Below are positions 17,754 to 27,138 of a stretch of DNA of 64,000 bases, piece by piece. The stretch is from an uncultured Actinomycetes bacterium. Lineage in GTDB: Bacteria; Actinomycetota; Acidimicrobiia; IMCC26256; PALSA-555. Below the pieces are notes generated by a model. That model was not told the DNA's origin. It did no database searches and worked only from the letters and a program-made list of their open reading frames with translations. The stretch's first letter is position 1. The number at the start of each line of letters is the position of its first letter. The stretch covers positions 200,570-264,569 of the forward strand of contig CAVSWH010000001.1 of assembly GCA_963731625.1 (NCBI GenBank). The letters run 5' to 3'. Both the position numbers and the translations under genes were made by a program.

Positions 17754-19040
17754 ATGCCGGTCATCGCCGCCGACGGCGTGATCCCGAAGGAGCGCTACAT
17801 CTCACCGGCCTTCCTCGAGCTCGAGCTCGACCGGCTCTGGTCCCGCGTCTGGCAGGTGGCGTGCCGTGAGGAGCAGCTCGGCTCGGTCGGCGACTACTGC
17901 GAGTACTCGATCGGCGTCGAGTCGATCCTCGTGGTGCGCTCCGGGCCCGACGACATCCGGGCGTTCTGCAACGCGTGCCTGCACCGGGGGACCCGCCTCG
18001 TCGACGGCTGCGGCCACGCGGCCGACGGGTTCACCTGCCCGTTCCACGCCTGGCGCTATGGGCTCGACGGGCGGCTCCTGGAGGTGGTCGACGCGCACGA
18101 GTTCGGGGCCCTCCCCGAGGGGCTCGGGCTGCGGGAGGTGCGCTGCGAGCGCTGGGGCGGGTTCGTGTTCGTGAACCTGGACCCCGAGGCCGAGCCGCTG
18201 CTCGAGTTCCTCGACCCGCTTCCCCGCGTGCTCGCCCCGTTCCGACTCCACGAGCTGCGGCTCCGCTCGTACCAGACGACGATCCTCCCCGCGAACTGGA
18301 AGGTCGTCATCGACGCCTTCAACGAGGCGTACCACGTGCAAGGCACGCACCCGCAACTGCTCCCGTGGACCGACGACGTGAGCATCGAGTACGAGCAGCT
18401 CGGCAAGCACGCGCACTACGGCCGCCTGCCGACGGCGCGCCGCCAGCTCCGCCCCAGCCCACGCCTCGGTCTCCGCGACGAGGAGTGGGACGAAGGCGAG
18501 ATCCTGGCCGGGCTCGTCGGCGGGCTCGGTGGCGCGTTCCTGAAAGAGGAGCGTGCCCTCGTCGACGAGCTGCGCGCCGCGACGCTGCCCGAGGGCACCA
18601 CGCTGCTCGAGGCGTACCAGCAGCGTCGCGTCGAGCTGCTCGCAGGCCGCGGCTTCGACGTGAGCGGCCTCGACCCCGACCAGATGACGAGCGCCGATGA
18701 CGTCTACGTGTTCCCCAACCTCGTCGGCCCGATCTATCCGGGCAGCGCCATCCTCTTCCGCGTCCGGCCCCACGGCGTCGCCGTCGACGAGGCGGTGAAG
18801 GACACCTGGGTCCTCGAGTGGCCCCGCGAGGACCGCGAGTGGCGCCTCCCCGAGCACCGCTCCTACGAGGACTGGCGCGACAAGGACTGGGGCGAGATCA
18901 CCAATCAGGACTACGCCAACATGGCCCGCGTGCAGGCCGGCATGCAGTCCCGCGGGTTCCATGGCCTGCGCCTCAACCCGCGCCAGGAATCGAACCTGCT
19001 GCACATGCACGAGGTCATCGACCAGTACCTCGACGCGTAG
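17754..19040 (+). CDS. Rieske [2Fe-2S] aromatic-ring/steroid-type hydroxylating oxygenase, alpha subunit
   Basis: Rieske ligands are CNACLHRG...FTCPFHAWRYG. The mononuclear iron motif is NEAYHVQGTHP. The start is taken at ATG 17754 (MPVIAADG). Confidence 0.88.
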   Translation: MPVIAADGVIPKERYISPAFLELELDRLWSRVWQVACREEQLGSVGDYCEYSIGVESILVVRSGPDDIRAFCNACLHRGTRLVDGCGHAADGFTCPFHAWRYGLDGRLLEVVDAHEFGALPEGLGLREVRCERWGGFVFVNLDPEAEPLLEFLDPLPRVLAPFRLHELRLRSYQTTILPANWKVVIDAFNEAYHVQGTHPQLLPWTDDVSIEYEQLGKHAHYGRLPTARRQLRPSPRLGLRDEEWDEGEILAGLVGGLGGAFLKEERALVDELRAATLPEGTTLLEAYQQRRVELLAGRGFDVSGLDPDQMTSADDVYVFPNLVGPIYPGSAILFRVRPHGVAVDEAVKDTWVLEWPREDREWRLPEHRSYEDWRDKDWGEITNQDYANMARVQAGMQSRGFHGLRLNPRQESNLLHMHEVIDQYLDA

Positions 19041-19061
19041 CCGCGACTCGGCGCCGCGACG

Positions 19062-20483
19062 TCAGCCGGGGGTGCGCCGCGATCCCGTGCGGCGAGGCGA
19101 CGCCGCCGGCTGGTCCCCGCTCGCCGTGTCGGCGTCCGTGGGGGCCGGCGAGGGCGTCGAGGCTCGCCGGCGAGCAAGCGAGAACCGCGGAAGGCGGATC
19201 CGTCGCCGGCGCGGCGCGTCGGGAACGGTCAGGTTGGTCTCGATGACCTCCTGCTCGTCGGTGTAGGTCGACAGCAGCGCCTGCACGATGGCCGTGGCCG
19301 GCAGCGCGAGCAGCGCGCCGACCGGCCCAAAGAGCAACACCCCAGCGAACGCGCAGCCGATGGTCAGCGCGGGGTGGATCTTCAGGGTCCGGCGGGCGAT
19401 GCGCGGGCCGAGGAGGTAGTTCTCGAACTGCTGGTAGCCGACGAGGAACGCGATCACCCAGATCGCGTCGACGGGCGAGTACAGCAGCGCCACGAGGGCG
19501 GGGAGGATCAGGGCCAGATACGTCCCGAAGGTGGGGACGAACTGCGACACCACCCCGACGAAGATGGCCAGCGCCAACGACGACGGGATCCCGAGCAGGA
19601 AGAAGAACACCCAAACGACCGCGGTGCAGATCACCGCCTGCAGCGCCCGCGAGTAGAGATAGGCGCCGGTCTTGTCGACGGCGAGCTCCCACGTGTCGAG
19701 CACGATCTGCTGACGGTGTGGTGGCAGCCGCGAGCAGATGGTGCGGCGAAACTTCTGCGAATCGGCTGTCAGGTAGTAGGCGAAGATGAACGTCACGACG
19801 ATCTCGAGCAGGCTCTTGCCGATCGTGATCGCGACGTTCGGCGCATCCTTCGCCAGGCTCCGCGCGAACTTCTGCACCGCGCCGTTCGGGTTCTGCAGGT
19901 TGCGGATCAGCCCGTTCGCGTTGATGTGCGCCCCGAAGTCGCGGTTCAGGAACGACACGACGTTGCGGACGTAGTGCGCCGTGTTGTTGACGAGCTGCGA
20001 CGTCTGTTGGAACGCGACCGCCCCGAACGCGGCCACGAACCCGATCGTGCCGAGCAGGAAGAGGCCCCACACGAGCCCCGTGGCACCGTGGCGCGGCCAC
20101 CCGCGCTTGACGAGCAGGTTGACCGGCGGCTCCATCGCGAGGGAGAGGAACAGCGCCACCGCCAGCATCAAGATGACGACCCGCAGCTTCTGGACGATCC
20201 AGTACGCGACGACCAGGCCGATCACCCACGTGAAGAACAGCGCGATGGCGCGGCGCACCCAGGGCGGGACCTGGGTCTCATCCGACCCGTCGGATCCGGG
20301 CGAGGCGCCGTCGGCCGCCGGTGCCGGCGCGACCGCGGGCGCCTCAACGGCCGTCGGCTTTTCCCCGTTCCCCCCGACGAGCGCCGGGGCGCCTGGCCCG
20401 TCCGTTTCGCGCCCTTCCGCGTGCTCGAGGCGCCGCGCTTCGAGCGGGCGGCGGGCTGGCGCGGCATGGGCCCAGTGTCGCAC
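19062..20483 (-). CDS. AI-2E family (PerM/UPF0118) transporter
   Basis: It is a multi-pass membrane protein with the conserved C-terminal stretch IHPALTIGCAFAGVLLFGPVGALLALPATAIV. The N-terminal 70 aa are Ala/Pro-rich, so the true start is uncertain. Confidence 0.75.
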   Translation of the reverse strand: MRHWAHAAPARRPLEARRLEHAEGRETDGPGAPALVGGNGEKPTAVEAPAVAPAPAADGASPGSDGSDETQVPPWVRRAIALFFTWVIGLVVAYWIVQKLRVVILMLAVALFLSLAMEPPVNLLVKRGWPRHGATGLVWGLFLLGTIGFVAAFGAVAFQQTSQLVNNTAHYVRNVVSFLNRDFGAHINANGLIRNLQNPNGAVQKFARSLAKDAPNVAITIGKSLLEIVVTFIFAYYLTADSQKFRRTICSRLPPHRQQIVLDTWELAVDKTGAYLYSRALQAVICTAVVWVFFFLLGIPSSLALAIFVGVVSQFVPTFGTYLALILPALVALLYSPVDAIWVIAFLVGYQQFENYLLGPRIARRTLKIHPALTIGCAFAGVLLFGPVGALLALPATAIVQALLSTYTDEQEVIETNLTVPDAPRRRRIRLPRFSLARRRASTPSPAPTDADTASGDQPAASPRRTGSRRTPG

Positions 20484-20606
20484 CAGGCACTCCGTTCATC
20501 GCTGCTTCACCCCGAACCCCCTGCGCCGCCCGAGGGGGGGTGCCGGTGGTCACAACCCAGCCGCCCAGCGCCAGTCGGGCGGCGGGCGCGCTGTAGAAAA
20601 GGCGGG

Positions 20607-22865
20607 ATGCGCCGGGCGAGCGACTCCCCTCCCGCAGGCACCCCCGCGGCGCGCACCTGGCTCGGGCGCCTCGCGCAGTCCTGCTACGACCACCGTCGGC
20701 GCGTCTTCGTCGTGTGGGTCGTGGCGCTCGTCGTGCTGATCGCGTTCGGCGCGTTCATCGTCACCGGCCGCTTCGACAACAAGCTGAGCGGCGGCCACTC
20801 GGAATCGCAGACTGCGCAGGATTTGCTGAGCGCCCGGTTCCCGCGCCAGGCCGGCGACCCCGCCGACATCGTCTTCCACACGGCGTCGGACATCCGATCG
20901 CCCGCGAACCAGCAGGCCATCGCGGCGGTCGTCGCCTCCGTGCGACCGCTGCCCACGGTGAGCAGCGTCCTCGGCCCCTTCGACCCCGGCGTCGAGGGAC
21001 AGGTCGCGTCGAACGGCCACACCGCCTACGCCCAAGTCCAGTTCGACGCGACGACCGACAACCTCGCCGCGGCGGACGTCACCCGGGTTCTGGACACGGC
21101 GCGCGCTGCCGACCGCGCCGGCTTCCAGGTCGAGCTCGCGGGTCAGCCGATCACGAAGGCCGAGACGGCGAGCCCGGGCTCCAGCGAGGCGATCGGCGTG
21201 CTCGCGGCCATCGTCATCCTGCTCCTCGCTTTCGGGTCCGTCATCGCGATGGGGCTGCCGATCCTCACCGCGCTCTTCGGCATCGGCGTGGGCGTCGGCA
21301 TCATCGACCTGTTCAGCAGGTTCGTCACCGTCCCCACGTTCGGCACCGAGCTCGCCGCGATGATCGGGATCGGCGTCGGGATCGACTACGCCCTCTTCAT
21401 CGTCACGACCTACCGGCAGCGGCTGCACAACGGGCTCGACCCGCGCGACGCCGTCACGGAGGCCCTTGCGACGTCGGGACGGGCGGTGCTCTTCGCGGGC
21501 TGTACGGTCGTGATCTCGCTGCTGGGCATGCTGTTGCTCGGCGCCTCGTTCGTGTACGGCCTCGCGTTCGGGGCGATCGCCGCGGTGCTCGCCGTGATGG
21601 CCGCCGCGCTCACGCTGCTGCCCGCGGCGCTCGGCGCTGCAGGGCGCGCCATCGATCGGTTCCACGTCCCGCGCCTGCTGCACCGCGAGGTCGACCCCCG
21701 CCGCACCTTCTGGTACCGCTGGAGCCGCCTCATCCAGCGTCACCCCATCAACGCCGCGGTCATGGCCGTCTTCGTGCTCGTCGTCCTCGCGGTGCCGCTG
21801 TTCTCGATGCACCTCGCGTTCACCGACCAGGGCAACGACGCGACGAACCTCACGACCCGGCGCGCCTACGACCTCCTTGCGTCCGGGTTCGGCCCGGGCG
21901 TGAACGGACCGCTGGTCCTGGCCTCCGACGTGCCGCGCCCGGCCGACCAGGCCGTCGTGGAGGCGCTCGCCGCCAAGATCCGCGAGACCCCCGACGTCGC
22001 GTTCGTCGTCCCGCCCCAGTTCAACCGGGTCGGCGGTGACGCCGCGGTCACGATCGTGATCCCGAAGACCTCACCCCAGGATCAGGCCACCGAGCAGCTG
22101 GTCCACACGCTGCGCAACCAGGTCGTGCCCGCCTCCGACGCGAGCTCCGGGGTGCGCACGTACGTGGGTGGCGTGACCGCCGCAGCCATCGACACGTCCG
22201 CGCAGTTCTCGCGACGGCTCCCGTGGGTCATCGGCGGCGTCGTGCTGCTGTCGTTCCTCCTGCTCATGGCGGTGTTCCGATCCCTCGCCGTGCCGCTCAA
22301 GGCCGCGGTGATGAACCTCCTGTCGGTCGGCGCGGCGTACGGCGTCATCGTCGCCGTGTTCCAGTGGGGATGGGGAGGCTCGTTCTTCAACATCGGTAGG
22401 ACCGGGCCGATCGACCCGTGGATCCCGCTGATGCTGTTCACGATCCTGTTCGGGCTCTCGATGGACTACGAGGTCTTCCTGCTGACGCGGATTCGAGACG
22501 AGTGGCGCCGCACGGGCGACAACGCCACCGCGGTCGCCGACGGACTGGCGTTCACCGGTCGGGTCATCACCGCCGCGGCGGCGATCATGGTCTGCGTCTT
22601 CGGGTCCTTCGTGCTCGGCGACCTGCGGATCCTGAAGGTCTTCGGGCTCGGCCTCGCGGTCGCGGTCTTCATCGACGCGACCGTGGTGCGATCCGTGCTC
22701 GTCCCGGCCACGATGGAGCTCCTCGGCCGAGCCAACTGGTGGTTCCCGGCCTGGCTCGATCGGATCGTCCCGCGCGTCAGCGTTGAGGTCGCCGTCGACG
22801 GCGACGACGGGATCGGCGGGCCGGCCGTCCCGACCCCCGAGCCCGTGTCCGTGGGCGGCACCTGA
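20607..22865 (+). CDS. MMPL-family (RND-type) membrane transporter
   Basis: The start is ATG 20607 (MRRASDSPPAGT...). Two transmembrane bundles carry GIGVGIDYALFIV and LFGLSMDYEVFLLTRI. The first 411 codons of track ORF 19374..22865 are antisense to the AI-2E gene. Confidence 0.88.
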   Translation: MRRASDSPPAGTPAARTWLGRLAQSCYDHRRRVFVVWVVALVVLIAFGAFIVTGRFDNKLSGGHSESQTAQDLLSARFPRQAGDPADIVFHTASDIRSPANQQAIAAVVASVRPLPTVSSVLGPFDPGVEGQVASNGHTAYAQVQFDATTDNLAAADVTRVLDTARAADRAGFQVELAGQPITKAETASPGSSEAIGVLAAIVILLLAFGSVIAMGLPILTALFGIGVGVGIIDLFSRFVTVPTFGTELAAMIGIGVGIDYALFIVTTYRQRLHNGLDPRDAVTEALATSGRAVLFAGCTVVISLLGMLLLGASFVYGLAFGAIAAVLAVMAAALTLLPAALGAAGRAIDRFHVPRLLHREVDPRRTFWYRWSRLIQRHPINAAVMAVFVLVVLAVPLFSMHLAFTDQGNDATNLTTRRAYDLLASGFGPGVNGPLVLASDVPRPADQAVVEALAAKIRETPDVAFVVPPQFNRVGGDAAVTIVIPKTSPQDQATEQLVHTLRNQVVPASDASSGVRTYVGGVTAAAIDTSAQFSRRLPWVIGGVVLLSFLLLMAVFRSLAVPLKAAVMNLLSVGAAYGVIVAVFQWGWGGSFFNIGRTGPIDPWIPLMLFTILFGLSMDYEVFLLTRIRDEWRRTGDNATAVADGLAFTGRVITAAAAIMVCVFGSFVLGDLRILKVFGLGLAVAVFIDATVVRSVLVPATMELLGRANWWFPAWLDRIVPRVSVEVAVDGDDGIGGPAVPTPEPVSVGGT

Positions 22866-22930
22866 GACCTCGCCCAGGGACGACCCGTCCGTGTCGCTGA
22901 TTCGGCGACCGCGGCGGCCACAATGACGCC

Positions 22931-23137
22931 ATGAGCTACGTCGGACTGCTGATCGCCATCGGGCTCGGCGTGTGGACCTACCTCGACGCGAAGAAGCTGG
23001 CGGCCCGCGGCATCACGGTCGGGTCGATCCCACCCGCGGCGTGGGGAATCCTCGTGTGCCTCGTCGCGATCGTGTTCGGGATCCTCTACCTGATCCTTCG
23101 CCCTCGAGCCATCCGCCGCGCCGCGCTCGGACCCTGA
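22931..23137 (+). CDS. Small two-helix membrane protein (68 aa), hypothetical
   Basis: It has two hydrophobic helices (YVGLLIAIGLGVWTY and AAWGILVCLVAIVFGILYLIL) and an ATG start. Confidence 0.5.
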   Translation: MSYVGLLIAIGLGVWTYLDAKKLAARGITVGSIPPAAWGILVCLVAIVFGILYLILRPRAIRRAALGP

Positions 23138-23197
23138 CCCGGCCTACCGGAGGGGGACCCGACTCATCGGTGCTCCCGCGGGCGTGACCGCGCCCGT

Positions 23198-24694
23198 TCA
23201 CGCGGGCGATGCATAGCGCTGCGGTCGACCCTCGAGGATCACCGTCTTGGTCTCGAGGAACGGCAACAGTCCTTCCCGGCCACCTTCCCGTCCGATCCCC
23301 GACTGCTTGAACCCACCGAAGGCCATGCCGAAATCCGTACGAAACGCGTTGTGGCCGACGGTGCCGCTGCGAAGCTGCGCAGCAACGTCCCGGGCACGGT
23401 CGGTGTCGTTCGTGAACACCGACGCGTTGAGGCCGTAGACGGTGTCGTTGGCGATCCGTACGGCGTCCTGCTCGTCTGCCGCGGGGATCACGGTGAGGAC
23501 CGGCCCGAAGATCTCCTCGCGGGCGATCGTCGACGCGTTGTCGGCGTTCCCGAAGACTGTCGGCTCGACGTACCAGCCGCGATCGAGGTCCTTCGGGCGA
23601 CCGCCTCCAGTGGCGAGGGTCGCGCCCTCGTCGATGCCCTTCGCGATGTAGCCCTCCACACGGTCCCGCTGTCGCTCCGCGACGAGCGGGCCCATCTGCG
23701 TCGGCTCGTCGAAGGGATCGCCGACGCGCACCTTGGAGAACGTGCCGGCGAGCGCGTCGACGAACTCGTCGTGGCGGTTCCTCGTGACCACGACCCGAGT
23801 CAACGAGGAGCAGATCTGGCCGGTCAGCGTGCACTCGGCACGAGCGATCGTCTTCGCCGCCGTCGCAAGGTCCATGTCGTCGAGCACCACTGCCGCCGAC
23901 TTGCCACCCAGCTCGAGCGTGCAGCGGGCGATCCGCTCACCGCACAACGACGCGATCCGCTTGCCGGCCGCCGTCGAGCCGGTGAAGGTGATCTTGTCGA
24001 CGGCCGGATCCCGGACGAGCAGCTCGGACACCTCGCGGTCCGCCGTGACCACGTTGAGCACACCCGGCGGCAGCCCGATCTCCTCGGCGACCTCCGCGAA
24101 CACGTAGCCCGCTCCTGGTGCTTCCGGCGACGACTTGAGCACGACCGTGCAGCCCGCGAGCAGCGCGGGCCCCACCTTGTGGCAGATGAGCGCCACCGGC
24201 GCGTTCCAGGGGATGATCGCGCCGACGACCCCGACGGGCTCACGGACCAGCAAGCCGAACTCGCCGCCACTCGTCGGCGGGCACTCCTCCTCGAACGCGA
24301 ACGTGTCGGCGAGCGCCGCGTACGACTCGAGCGCCCCCGAGCCGATCCGCCCCGCGAACTGCGCCACCTTGAAGAGCGCCCCCGACTCACGCGGCCACAG
24401 CTGGCCCAGGACCTCACCGCGCTCCTGCACGCCCGCGCCGAGCGCACGGAGGTACTGCGCGCGCTCGGCATGCGTCAGGCGCGGCCACGGACCCTCGTCG
24501 AACGCGTGGCGCGCCGCGGTGACGGCGCGGGACATGTCGGCGGGCGCCGCGTCGGCGATCCGGTAGTAGAGCTCCTCGGTCCCCGAGTCGACGACGTCGA
24601 TCGTCGTGTCCGACGAGGGTCGGATCCACTCGCCACCGATGAAGAACCGGTCCGCGTGATGAACCGGTGCAGTCGTTGCCCGTGCGGCGCTCAT
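23198..24694 (-). CDS. NAD(P)-dependent aldehyde dehydrogenase
   Basis: It has LELGGKSAAVV and the catalytic Cys region LTGQICSS. The start is ATG 24694 (MSAARATTAPVHHADRFFIGGEW). Confidence 0.9.
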   Translation of the reverse strand: MSAARATTAPVHHADRFFIGGEWIRPSSDTTIDVVDSGTEELYYRIADAAPADMSRAVTAARHAFDEGPWPRLTHAERAQYLRALGAGVQERGEVLGQLWPRESGALFKVAQFAGRIGSGALESYAALADTFAFEEECPPTSGGEFGLLVREPVGVVGAIIPWNAPVALICHKVGPALLAGCTVVLKSSPEAPGAGYVFAEVAEEIGLPPGVLNVVTADREVSELLVRDPAVDKITFTGSTAAGKRIASLCGERIARCTLELGGKSAAVVLDDMDLATAAKTIARAECTLTGQICSSLTRVVVTRNRHDEFVDALAGTFSKVRVGDPFDEPTQMGPLVAERQRDRVEGYIAKGIDEGATLATGGGRPKDLDRGWYVEPTVFGNADNASTIAREEIFGPVLTVIPAADEQDAVRIANDTVYGLNASVFTNDTDRARDVAAQLRSGTVGHNAFRTDFGMAFGGFKQSGIGREGGREGLLPFLETKTVILEGRPQRYASPA

Positions 24695-24695
24695 C

Positions 24696-25928
24696 TCATC
24701 TCCCTGTTGTTCGGTATCGGATCGGCAGGTGCTTGATGCTGCCGTTGGTGATCGAGCTGAGGCGCTCGACGAGGCCGGACACCTCAAACGACGCCAGCCG
24801 GGTTAGCAAATGCCCGAAGATCGTCTCGAGCTCGACCCGTGCGACGTGTGCGCCCATGCAGAAGTGCTCGCCGAAGCCGAACGCCAGGTGCGGGTTGGGC
24901 CGTCGATCGACCCGGAAGCTGAAGGGATCGTCGAACACCTCCTCGTCGCGGTTCGCTGACGCGAAGTACAACGCAACCTGATCCCCCGCTCGGATCGTGA
25001 CGCCCCGCAGGTCGAAGTCCTCGGTGGCGGTGCGGGTGAAGTGGCTGATGGGCGTGACCCAGCGCAGGATCTCCTCGACGGCGTCCGGCAGCAGCGCCAG
25101 TTCCTCCCGCAACTTCTCCCACTCCGCGGGATGCTTGTCAAAGGCCAGGAGGCCGCCGCTGATCGCGTTGCGCGTGGTCTCGTTGCCCGCCTCGACCAGG
25201 AGCTCACAGTAGGAGACCAGTTGCTCCTCGCTGAGCGCCGATCCCTCGATCTCGGCACCGATCAGCTCGCTCACCAGGTCGTCGCGGGGCTCGAGGCGAC
25301 GCTCGGCGATCAAGCGCCGGAAGTACCCGTGCACATCACGGCGAGCGCGCTTGATGGTCTGGCCTGGCGTCTCGCCGGGGCGTCGGTACTCGGGGTCGTC
25401 CTTGCCGATCACCTCGTTGGTCCAGCGGAACAGCAGCTCCCAGTCGTCGCTCGGGACGCCGAGGATCCAGGCGATCACGCCGAGCGGGAAGGGCGCGGCG
25501 ATCCCCTTGACGAAGTCCAGCTCGCCCGTGGCGTCGGAGGGCGCGGCGGCGTCGAGGACCTGCGCGCTGATCCGGTCGATGTCGGCGCGCTGGGCCCGCA
25601 CGGCGCGTGGGGTGAACCGCGGGTTCGCAACCCGACGCATCGGCCCGTGCCGCGGCGGATCGAGCATGACCACCATCTCCGACGGCGGGAACGCGACACC
25701 CGCAGGCCGCAGCGAGATGCCCTGCGCGCTCGAGAATCGGAGCGGCTGCCGCGCGATCTCGAGCACATCGGCGTGCTTCGTGATCGCCCAGAACGGCTCG
25801 AACCCGTCCGGCTCGAAGTACGCGACCGGCGCTTCGGCGCGCAGTCTCGTCCAGACGTCTTCCGGATAGCCGCGGCGTGCATAGCGCTCAGGATCGATGA
25901 GCTCGAGCACGTCGACATCGATGGTCAT
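24696..25928 (-). CDS. Cytochrome P450
   Basis: The heme loop is FGFGEHFCMGAHVAR, the I-helix is AGNETT and ExxR is EEILRW. The start is ATG 25928 (MTIDVDVLEL). Its stop lies 1 nt from the ALDH start. Confidence 0.92.
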   Translation of the reverse strand: MTIDVDVLELIDPERYARRGYPEDVWTRLRAEAPVAYFEPDGFEPFWAITKHADVLEIARQPLRFSSAQGISLRPAGVAFPPSEMVVMLDPPRHGPMRRVANPRFTPRAVRAQRADIDRISAQVLDAAAPSDATGELDFVKGIAAPFPLGVIAWILGVPSDDWELLFRWTNEVIGKDDPEYRRPGETPGQTIKRARRDVHGYFRRLIAERRLEPRDDLVSELIGAEIEGSALSEEQLVSYCELLVEAGNETTRNAISGGLLAFDKHPAEWEKLREELALLPDAVEEILRWVTPISHFTRTATEDFDLRGVTIRAGDQVALYFASANRDEEVFDDPFSFRVDRRPNPHLAFGFGEHFCMGAHVARVELETIFGHLLTRLASFEVSGLVERLSSITNGSIKHLPIRYRTTGR

Positions 25929-25938
25929 CGGACGCGCC

Positions 25939-27111
25939 TCACTTCCTCGGCTCCCTCGGAAGCCCGAGGAGACGCTCGCCGATGATGTTGCGCTGGATCT
26001 CGCTCGTCCCGCCCATGATGGAGTTTGCGAGCGAGGTGAGCAGGCCCAGCGGCCAGCGTCCCTGGTCAATGGCGGATTCGTCGCACGCCATGAGGAGGGC
26101 GTCGGGACCGACGACCGCGACAGCGGTGTCGTACAGCCGCTGGCTCATCCCCGCCCAGAACAGCTTCACGACGCTCGACTCCGATCCGAGCTCCTCGCCA
26201 CGCGCGAGACGCGCGAGCGTGCGCTCGTTGTGGAGGCGGAAGATCTCGACCTCGAGCCACGCCTGCGCCAGTCGCTGGCGTGCAATCGGGTCGCGGACCC
26301 GCCCTGAGCGTGCACAGGACTTCAACAGCAGATCCAACGCCTGTGCGAGCAGGACCTGCTCCTTCCACACGAACGTGGCCCCGCGCTCGTTGGCGAGCGT
26401 CGTGCTCGCGACGGCCCAGCCCTCGTTCTCCGCGCCGATGAGGTGCCCGACGGGGATCTCTACACCGCCGAGGAAGACCTCGTTGAACTCGCTCTCACCG
26501 GTGATCTGGCGCAGCGGACGGACGTCCACGCCCGTCGCCGTCATCGGGATCGCCAACATGGAGATGCCCTCGTGCTTGGGCCCGGTTGGATCCGTACGAA
26601 CCAGGGCGATTCCCCAGTCAGCGAAGCGCGCGTGCGATGACCACACCTTCTGGCCCGTGACGACGTAGACCCCACCCCGCTTCTCCGCGATCGTCGAGAG
26701 TGCGGCGAGGTCGCTCCCCGCGTCGGGCTCGCTGAACAGCTGACACCAGATGTCGTCACCGGACACGATCCTCTGCATCCAACGCTGCCGTTGCTCCTCG
26801 CTGCCGTGCGCCATCAACGTCGGCCCGACGAGGCTCACGCCGGCGCGCCCGAGGATCTGCGGCGCGCCCGCGCGCGCGAGCTCCTCGTTGTAGATAGCGA
26901 CCTGCGTCAGCGTCGCGCCGCGTCCTCCGTACTCGACCGGCCAGTTGATGCCGACCCAGCGTCCCGAGTGCAGCGTCCGCTGCCACTCGCGCAGCACGTC
27001 GGCATCCTCGGGGGTCGCCGCGACCTCGACCTCAGGCGGGACGTGCTCCGCGAGCCAGCCGCGCAACTCGTCGCGGAACTGGTCGTCGCGCTCTGACATC
27101 TCGAGCTCCAA
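25939..27111 (-). CDS. Acyl-CoA dehydrogenase
   Basis: It has ACAD length and a C-terminal signature (GGTSEIQRNIIGERLLGLP). The middle domain has WCQLFSEPDAGSDLA. Confidence 0.9.
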   Translation of the reverse strand: MELEMSERDDQFRDELRGWLAEHVPPEVEVAATPEDADVLREWQRTLHSGRWVGINWPVEYGGRGATLTQVAIYNEELARAGAPQILGRAGVSLVGPTLMAHGSEEQRQRWMQRIVSGDDIWCQLFSEPDAGSDLAALSTIAEKRGGVYVVTGQKVWSSHARFADWGIALVRTDPTGPKHEGISMLAIPMTATGVDVRPLRQITGESEFNEVFLGGVEIPVGHLIGAENEGWAVASTTLANERGATFVWKEQVLLAQALDLLLKSCARSGRVRDPIARQRLAQAWLEVEIFRLHNERTLARLARGEELGSESSVVKLFWAGMSQRLYDTAVAVVGPDALLMACDESAIDQGRWPLGLLTSLANSIMGGTSEIQRNIIGERLLGLPREPRK

Positions 27112-27138
27112 AACTCGCGACCGCCGGTCCCCGGGCGC

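Noticed and set aside
19374-20606. The N-terminal 411 codons of track ORF 19374..22865, which would make a 1163-aa MMPL protein
   Set aside because: This part is antisense to the AI-2E transporter gene and compositionally shadow-like. MMPL-like sequence begins only at ATG 20607.
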